Assembly: GCA_013378385.1 (NCBI GenBank) | Contig: JACAFS010000021.1 | Location: 1 to 16,429, forward strand | DNA: 16,429 nucleotides | From: Nitrososphaerota archaeon | GTDB taxonomy: Archaea; Thermoproteota; Nitrososphaeria; Nitrososphaerales; UBA57 | Reading direction: 5' to 3' | Shown: positions 7,250 to 12,597 of the stretch, piece after piece | Layout of the letters: every line of letters begins with the position of its first letter | Position numbering within the stretch: the first letter of the stretch is position 1 | Notes under the pieces: generated by a model | Seen by the model: the letters and a program-made list of their open reading frames with translations, nothing else | The model's database searches: none | Told to the model about the DNA's origin: nothing | Translations under genes and position numbers: made by a program

Positions 7250-9508
7250 ATGACTCGACACATAACTATAGTTGGGTTACTAGTTGCTTTAATTTTGGCA
7301 CTATCCTCATTTGCATTAGTTGCTAATGCATTTGATCCTGGAGGTCCTCCAGGCGGCGGTGGTGTACCAAAAGTAGTTACTGGTAATTGGGAATTCATTA
7401 ACTATCAACCTACTGGTGGTAGTTATAGTCCACAGTTCGAAATAAACAATGAAAATGCTCAATGGTTGGAAATGAAATGGTTGTTTCCATACCCAACCAA
7501 TGACTTCTCTTGGGGTAACTCCCAAGCTGGTTCAAGCGCACCAGTTCTTATTGTTGACGGTGTTGCATACGTAGGTAAAAACTCACGTGCAATACATGCA
7601 GTTGACGCAAAGACCGGTGAAGAAGTTTACTTTACTGATGAACCAGCAAACTTATGGGATGGACCTGCAATTACTGCAGAATATCCATTCTTCCAAAGTG
7701 CATGGGGACACACTCATGCTATGAATTATTACCGACAATTCGGCGATAGTGGCTGGTTAATCACAAGTAGTCAACCTTGTCTACTTAGTGCATGGAACGC
7801 AGCCGATGGTTCGTTAGCATGGCAAATTGGTGTTGAAACACTTTGTGGTACAGTAGCTCAATATGGAAATCCTGATGAAGGAATCATAGGAAGCTTAGGA
7901 AGCAAAGGTAGAATTTCAGGTCAATCAAATCACCCTCCAGTATTTAGTGGAGATACAATGATTTGGCCAATCATGGGAGCCAGTGGCGGAGGAGGAAGAT
8001 CTTCTGTCAAAGGATTCGACATGTCTGATCCAAGTAACCCTGTAGAATTATGGAACACTTGGTTAATGCCAGATAATCGTGGTACACAGAAAAACTGGGC
8101 TATTGACGCTTGTACAGAAGCAAACGGAAATGGTTGGTATTTCTCTGCACCTGACTTCTTTGAAACTGGAAAACTTGCAGTAAACTGTACTGAAGTTCCA
8201 GACGAAGCAGTTGTAAATGATTGGATTAATATGAAAGAAGGAACTCCTCATTTCGGTGAAGTCCATACTGCTAGCGCAATGTCAGTAGTTTGGGGTAATT
8301 ATCCAATTGATGCGGAACTCGGTTTAGTATATATTGGAACTGGAGATGTAGGACCTTACAGTAATGCATCATACAGATTTGGACCTAACTTATTTGGTAG
8401 TGCTATAGTTGCACTTCAAGTAGATACTGGTAAAATCCAATGGTGGTTCCATTCTAATCCTCACGACTTGTGGGATTGGGACTGTTCATGGGGTGGCATA
8501 ATGGCCAAAGCTCAAGGAACAAAAGTCTTAATCAAAGGTTGTAAGAACGGAATGGCATATGCATTGAATGCAGCCACTGGTGAACCTGTATGGGTATGGG
8601 AAGCTCCAACAACTTGGAGAACTGCACCTGGTACTAATTACGGTCTTGATCAATTCGGAAATGCAGGAGAAGACGGTGAAGCATGTTGTCGTATGACAAA
8701 AGAACATATGGATAAGGATTGGTTGAACGCACCTAATCCAGAACCTGTTATTTGGAATCCATGGTTAGCCGGAGCACTTGAATCTGATATGGCTTACAAC
8801 GGCAAGCACATATTCGTTGCAAATTACAATGATCCACGTTGGACAACAACTGGTAATGTTGTAGAATTTGGTAACCAGGCAAGTAATATTCAGGCAAGTG
8901 GACATCCTGTCAACACTACAATCTATGCAGTCAATATTAACACTGGCGAAGCAGACTGGAGTGCATTCATTCCTGATGTAGGATTCCGTGGTGGATTGAT
9001 GGCTACCGGTAATGCTGTATATGGATATGCAGGTGATGGAAATCTATACATATTCGATGCAAACACTGGTGAACTAGTTCACAAAAAATTCTTCGGTGTA
9101 CCTGTTAGTGTAATGCCAACAATTGGCGCTGACTCTGATGGAAAGCACAAGATCTTCATTCACGTAGGTGGTGGTGGTGGTTTCGTATATGGAAACACTG
9201 CAACTGAAGGCTCACTCGTTGCTTTAGGTCTACCTGACGTCTTACCTGAAATTGAAACTATAATTCAAGAAATAGAAGTTGTAGTTGAAGAGGTAGTTGA
9301 AGTCGAAAGAGTAGTCGAAGTCGAAGTCTCCGTAGAGAAGATCGTTGAAGTCGAAGTTCCTATCGAAACAGTTGTTGAAAGAGAAGTAAGTGTAGAAGTT
9401 ACTACTACTGAAGAAGTCATCAGCCCAGTATCTTATGTAGCTATTGGACTTGGTGTAGTTCTAATCGTAGTAGCTGGCGTTCTATTCCAACGCTCAAGAA
9501 CGACATAA
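7250..9508 (+). CDS. PQQ-type eight-bladed beta-propeller dehydrogenase paralog A, exported, C-terminally membrane-anchored
   Basis: 752 aa. Signal peptide MTRHITIVGLLVALILALSSFALVANA. Quinoprotein N-terminal motif NWEFINYQPTGGSYSPQFEINNENAQWLEMKW. Blade motifs APVLIVDGVAYVGKNSRAIHAVDAKTGEEVY. Core motifs VWGNYPIDAELGLVYIGTGDVGPYSNASYRFGPNLFGSAIVALQVDTGKIQWWFHSNPHDLWDWD and GFRGGLMATGNAVYGYAGDGNLYIFDANTGELV, matching the methanol/ethanol/glucose quinoprotein family pattern (..R.GdNl...s.vALd..TGk..W..Q...HD.WD.D). C-terminus: V/E-rich stalk, ISPVSY, a TM helix, then QRSRTT. Confidence 0.88.
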   Translation: MTRHITIVGLLVALILALSSFALVANAFDPGGPPGGGGVPKVVTGNWEFINYQPTGGSYSPQFEINNENAQWLEMKWLFPYPTNDFSWGNSQAGSSAPVLIVDGVAYVGKNSRAIHAVDAKTGEEVYFTDEPANLWDGPAITAEYPFFQSAWGHTHAMNYYRQFGDSGWLITSSQPCLLSAWNAADGSLAWQIGVETLCGTVAQYGNPDEGIIGSLGSKGRISGQSNHPPVFSGDTMIWPIMGASGGGGRSSVKGFDMSDPSNPVELWNTWLMPDNRGTQKNWAIDACTEANGNGWYFSAPDFFETGKLAVNCTEVPDEAVVNDWINMKEGTPHFGEVHTASAMSVVWGNYPIDAELGLVYIGTGDVGPYSNASYRFGPNLFGSAIVALQVDTGKIQWWFHSNPHDLWDWDCSWGGIMAKAQGTKVLIKGCKNGMAYALNAATGEPVWVWEAPTTWRTAPGTNYGLDQFGNAGEDGEACCRMTKEHMDKDWLNAPNPEPVIWNPWLAGALESDMAYNGKHIFVANYNDPRWTTTGNVVEFGNQASNIQASGHPVNTTIYAVNINTGEADWSAFIPDVGFRGGLMATGNAVYGYAGDGNLYIFDANTGELVHKKFFGVPVSVMPTIGADSDGKHKIFIHVGGGGGFVYGNTATEGSLVALGLPDVLPEIETIIQEIEVVVEEVVEVERVVEVEVSVEKIVEVEVPIETVVEREVSVEVTTTEEVISPVSYVAIGLGVVLIVVAGVLFQRSRTT
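9245..9418 (+). repeat. Low-complexity coding repeat: alternating Val/Ile-Glu stalk (PEIETIIQEIEVVVEEVVEVERVVEVEVSVEKIVEVEVPIETVVEREVSVEVTTTEEV)
   Basis: Imperfect GTN-GAA dipeptide-codon repeats, for example GTTGAAGTCGAA recurring at about 9295-9306 and 9343-9354. They lie between the propeller domain and the C-terminal TM helix of paralog A. Confidence 0.75.
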
Positions 9509-9515
9509 TAATCTA

Positions 9516-9548
9516 GTTGTCCCTTCGGGGACAACCAATATTTTTTTT
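9516..9548 (+). terminator. Intrinsic-terminator-like hairpin with TTCG loop followed by T8
   Basis: GTTGTCCC (9516-9523) TTCG GGGACAAC (9528-9535) forms a perfect 8-bp GC-containing stem, followed by CAATA and TTTTTTTT (9541-9548). It starts 8 nt after the double stop TAATAA of paralog A. Confidence 0.65.
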
Positions 9549-9654
9549 AAAATACAAAATTTCTGATATTCATTATTACTTAGTATGTTTCATTATTTTT
9601 CTAAACAAAAATTCATAAAACGTGTTTATTAAAAAAGAATTTACAAGTACTATA

Positions 9655-10317
9655 TTATTCTACGACTATTATTGTTCCTTCCATCCAAGGATGTGGCGGA
9701 CAAAAATATTTGAATTCACCCACTTCGTCAAATACAAAGCTGAATTTATTATCTCCCGATACAAACAAAAATCCAGAATCAAATAAACCATTTTCTTCCG
9801 TAACTTGGTGATATGGAACGTCTCCTCCAGCTCCTGCCGTCTTGTCTCTCATTATCCAAGTAACTGTTGTTCCTTTCTTTACTTGTATTTCTGGTTGTTC
9901 AAATTTTCCCTCGTTAATTGATAACCTTACATCTCCAAATTGTCCACCATTTTCTAACGTAATTAATTTACATGTATACGTCATTGGATTTTCTGGCGTT
10001 GATCTTAATTCTTTACCGAATGGACAATCATTCATCTCATCTGCAATCTCTTCTTGAATAATTTGCTCTACAACTTCTGGTAGTTCTGGTTCTATCACTG
10101 GCATATCTGGATTTTCTATAATCTCTATTTCCTGTTCAATTTCCTGTTCAATTTGTTCCTCTTCTACTTCGATTTGTTGTTCATTCTCTTCTCTGTTCTG
10201 TTGATCAGAATTCAATTCTACAGGACTTGGATAATTTATTAGAAATAGCATTCCTATTGCTACTGCAAATATAATTATAATGATTGGGAAATTAAAATTT
10301 CCTGACTTTGGTTCCAA
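9655..10317 (-). CDS. Membrane-anchored type-1 blue copper protein (plastocyanin/amicyanin/halocyanin-like cupredoxin)
   Basis: 220 aa with a TTG start. The upstream in-frame ATG at 10329 runs into a stop after two codons. N-terminal anchor PIIIIIFAVAIGMLFLI, then an acidic stalk (QQIEVEEEQIEQEIEQEIEIIE..PELPEVVEQIIQEEIADE). C-terminal cupredoxin domain: PEIQVKKGTTVTWIMRDK..VPYHQV..FDSGFL..FSFVFDEVGEFKYFCPPHPWMEGTIIV. The His..Cys-x2-His-x2-Met set is the classical type-1 Cu ligand pattern. Minus-strand T6 at 9631-9636 follows the stop. Confidence 0.85.
   Translation of the reverse strand: MEPKSGNFNFPIIIIIFAVAIGMLFLINYPSPVELNSDQQNREENEQQIEVEEEQIEQEIEQEIEIIENPDMPVIEPELPEVVEQIIQEEIADEMNDCPFGKELRSTPENPMTYTCKLITLENGGQFGDVRLSINEGKFEQPEIQVKKGTTVTWIMRDKTAGAGGDVPYHQVTEENGLFDSGFLFVSGDNKFSFVFDEVGEFKYFCPPHPWMEGTIIVVE
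10129..10152 (-). repeat. Perfect 12-nt tandem duplication (TTCCTGTTCAAT x2) encoding IEQE-IEQE in the cupredoxin stalk
   Basis: Read directly: 10129-10140 and 10141-10152 are identical. The reverse complement ATTGAACAGGAA encodes I-E-Q-E. Confidence 0.8.
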
Positions 10318-10479
10318 TAATTATTTCATAATATTATTTGTTATATACTTTCATAAGATTTCCAATGATGCCCACCCCAACTGTGAAATTATGTTCTCTC
10401 GAACAAATTTTAGACATATTTATATATGAAATTTTCAATTTCTGATAAAACCTATTAATAACTTTGAATAATTTATTTC
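10318..10479. promoter_or_regulatory. Divergent promoter region (cupredoxin / paralog B)
   Basis: Minus-strand TATATAA (10341-10347) is centred about 27 nt upstream of the TTG start at 10317. Plus-strand AAACCTATTAATAA (10448-10461) is centred about 24-28 nt upstream of the GTG start at 10480. A second TTTATATAT box lies at 10419-10427. Confidence 0.45.
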
Positions 10480-12588
10480 GTGAGACAAATCCAACTATTC
10501 GTATTATTTATTTTATTAATTGCAGCTATTGCATTTCCTCTTAATCTTGGCGATAATCCTACAATTGCATCAGGTCAGGAATTGACTAGAGATATGTCAA
10601 ATTGGGATATGATTAATTATGGCAAGTATGGCACAAGTTATAATCCTCAATCAATGATTAATCGTGATAATGCAGATAATCTTGAAATGAAATGGATTTA
10701 TCCTTATCCTCCAACAACTTATCCAACTATTGGCGGCGCAAAAACATATGCTGGTTCGGGTTCACCTATTTTGATTGTTGACGGTATTGCATATTCTGCA
10801 ACAAATCAAAGAGCTCTTGTTGCTGTTGATGCCGAAAGTGGTAGTTTGATTTGGAATGATATAGTTTCTTATGATAATGATATTTTACAACAAGACTATC
10901 CACACGTTAAAGGAATGTTACCTCATACACACGCAGTAAATTATTATGATGATAGAGGAATAATTATTCCAAGTTTACAATCTTGTCAAATTGACGGACA
11001 TGATTCCCTTGTTGGAGATATCACTTTCTCAATCACAGAAATGTGTGGAACTGAGGAAGAAGCTCGTGCTTGGGGAAATCAAGGTTATTATGCTAGTATA
11101 GGAACTCATCCTCCACAATTTTATGGAGATATTATGGTTGTTCCTGTCATGGGTTCATCAGGTAATGGCGGACGATCATTTATTGCAGGCTATGATGTAA
11201 GTGATATGGATAATCCAGTAAGAATTTGGCAAACATTTTTGGTTCCACCTGCAGAAGGAGATCCAGAATGGGCATTACATCAATGTGATATAGGATGGTT
11301 CTTCTCTTATCCAGAATGGTTAGACACTGGTAGACTTGGAGTTCCATGTAATGAAGTTCCTCAAGAAAATCTTATGAATGACTGGATTAATCCACAAAGT
11401 TCTCGTAATGAGCTTCATACTGCTAGTACTATTGCAACTGTTTGGGGACATTATCTAATTGATGAGGAAACAGGTATTGTTTATCTTGGAACTGGAGAAA
11501 GTGGTCCTTATCCTAATGCATTAAGAAGACCTGGTGTTAATCTTTATGGAAGTGCTATTGTAGCTCTTGATGCAACTACTGGAGAATTTATCTGGTGGTA
11601 TCAAACAGTACCACATGATATGTGGGATTATGATTGCTCATGGAATGCAATCCTTGGTGAAGTAGAAGGTAAGAAAGCTATATTCAAAGGTTGTAAGAAT
11701 GGATTCATGTATGCACTTGATGCAGCAACTGGCGAACCATTTTGGATCTATCATCCTCCTAGTGTATGGTTGCCACAACCTGGAATGGCATATCCTGATC
11801 CAAAGAATATAGAGGATCTTCAGCGTGCATGGCCTACATCTCATGTCGGCGAATCTCCAGATAATTTAACTTTTCTTAGTGCAAATTATGCAGGAATACT
11901 CGAAGCTGATATGGCATATGACGGAGAGAGATTATATCTCGGTTCATTTAATATGCCTGTAAAAATTTGCGTTCCTGAATATCCTAATGATTTTGGCAAT
12001 ACGCTTAATATGTGTGTCTCGGGCGAACATCCTACAAATTCAACAATTTATGGTTTAGATGCGAATACTGGCGAAGAGCTTTGGAGCTTCTTCATTGACG
12101 GCGCTGGCTTTAGAGGCGGTCTAACAGTGTCTGGAGGAATTGTCTATGTACCTTCAGGAGATGGTTGGTTATATCTTCTAAATTCTGAAACTGGCGAAGT
12201 TATTTCAAAGCGTTCCTTTGGAATTGGTTTATGGACACAAGCTACAATTGGTGCAGATAGTTTGGATAATATGAAAGTATTTGTTAACACTGGCGGTATG
12301 TCTATTGCATCTTGGGGACAAACAGGAATTCCAGGTGCAATGATTGCTTTAGGACTTGGTGATGAATCTAACGTTGTTATTTCTGAAGAGGTAGTAGTTG
12401 CTCCTGCAGATCCTGGCGAACCTGCCGCTCCAGCTCAAGTTCAAGAAGTAGTTACAGAAATTGAAACAATTAGAACCGAAACAATAATTAGTCCAATTTC
12501 ATATCTTATGATAATTATATCATTTATTATTCTAGCAATTTCTGCTACTATGTTCATTACAAGTGGAAATTGGAAACTTGGATCTTAG
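10480..12588 (+). CDS. PQQ-type eight-bladed beta-propeller dehydrogenase paralog B, exported, C-terminally membrane-anchored
   Basis: 702 aa with a GTG start. Signal peptide MRQIQLFVLFILLIAAIAFPLNLG. Motifs: NWDMINYGKYGTSYNPQSMINRDNADNLEMKW; SPILIVDGIAYSATNQRALVAVDAESGSLIW; VWGHYLIDEETGIVYLGTGESGPYPNALRRPGVNLYGSAIVALDATTGEFIWWYQTVPHDMWDYD; GFRGGLTVSGGIVYVPSGDGWLYLLNSETGEV. C-terminus: Pro/Ala and V/T/E stalk, ISPISY, TM helix. Confidence 0.88.
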   Translation: MRQIQLFVLFILLIAAIAFPLNLGDNPTIASGQELTRDMSNWDMINYGKYGTSYNPQSMINRDNADNLEMKWIYPYPPTTYPTIGGAKTYAGSGSPILIVDGIAYSATNQRALVAVDAESGSLIWNDIVSYDNDILQQDYPHVKGMLPHTHAVNYYDDRGIIIPSLQSCQIDGHDSLVGDITFSITEMCGTEEEARAWGNQGYYASIGTHPPQFYGDIMVVPVMGSSGNGGRSFIAGYDVSDMDNPVRIWQTFLVPPAEGDPEWALHQCDIGWFFSYPEWLDTGRLGVPCNEVPQENLMNDWINPQSSRNELHTASTIATVWGHYLIDEETGIVYLGTGESGPYPNALRRPGVNLYGSAIVALDATTGEFIWWYQTVPHDMWDYDCSWNAILGEVEGKKAIFKGCKNGFMYALDAATGEPFWIYHPPSVWLPQPGMAYPDPKNIEDLQRAWPTSHVGESPDNLTFLSANYAGILEADMAYDGERLYLGSFNMPVKICVPEYPNDFGNTLNMCVSGEHPTNSTIYGLDANTGEELWSFFIDGAGFRGGLTVSGGIVYVPSGDGWLYLLNSETGEVISKRSFGIGLWTQATIGADSLDNMKVFVNTGGMSIASWGQTGIPGAMIALGLGDESNVVISEEVVVAPADPGEPAAPAQVQEVVTEIETIRTETIISPISYLMIIISFIILAISATMFITSGNWKLGS

Positions 12589-12597
12589 TGTTTAGTA

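Noticed and set aside
9245-9418. The V/E repeat region considered as a non-coding tandem repeat or CRISPR-like array
   Set aside because: It is in frame within a long ORF, the repeat unit is a degenerate 6-nt dicodon with no repeat-spacer structure, and similar acidic stalks occur in the neighbouring tethered proteins. It is coding low-complexity sequence.
9516-9535. GC-containing hairpin considered as part of a small structured RNA or tRNA fragment
   Set aside because: It is a single 8-bp stem with a 4-nt loop directly after a stop codon and followed by T8. No further helices or conserved tRNA boxes are nearby. A terminator or 3'-end stabiliser is the simpler reading.
10365-10445. 26-codon ORF (MMPTPTVKLCSLEQILDIFIYEIFNF) between the cupredoxin and paralog B, considered as a possible PqqA-like PQQ precursor peptide
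   Set aside because: PqqA requires a conserved Glu-x3-Tyr pair. This peptide has D-I-F-I-Y (Asp, not Glu) and none of the flanking PqqA residues. No pqqB-E genes are nearby, and the ORF overlaps the promoter-like boxes of paralog B. It is most likely non-coding.
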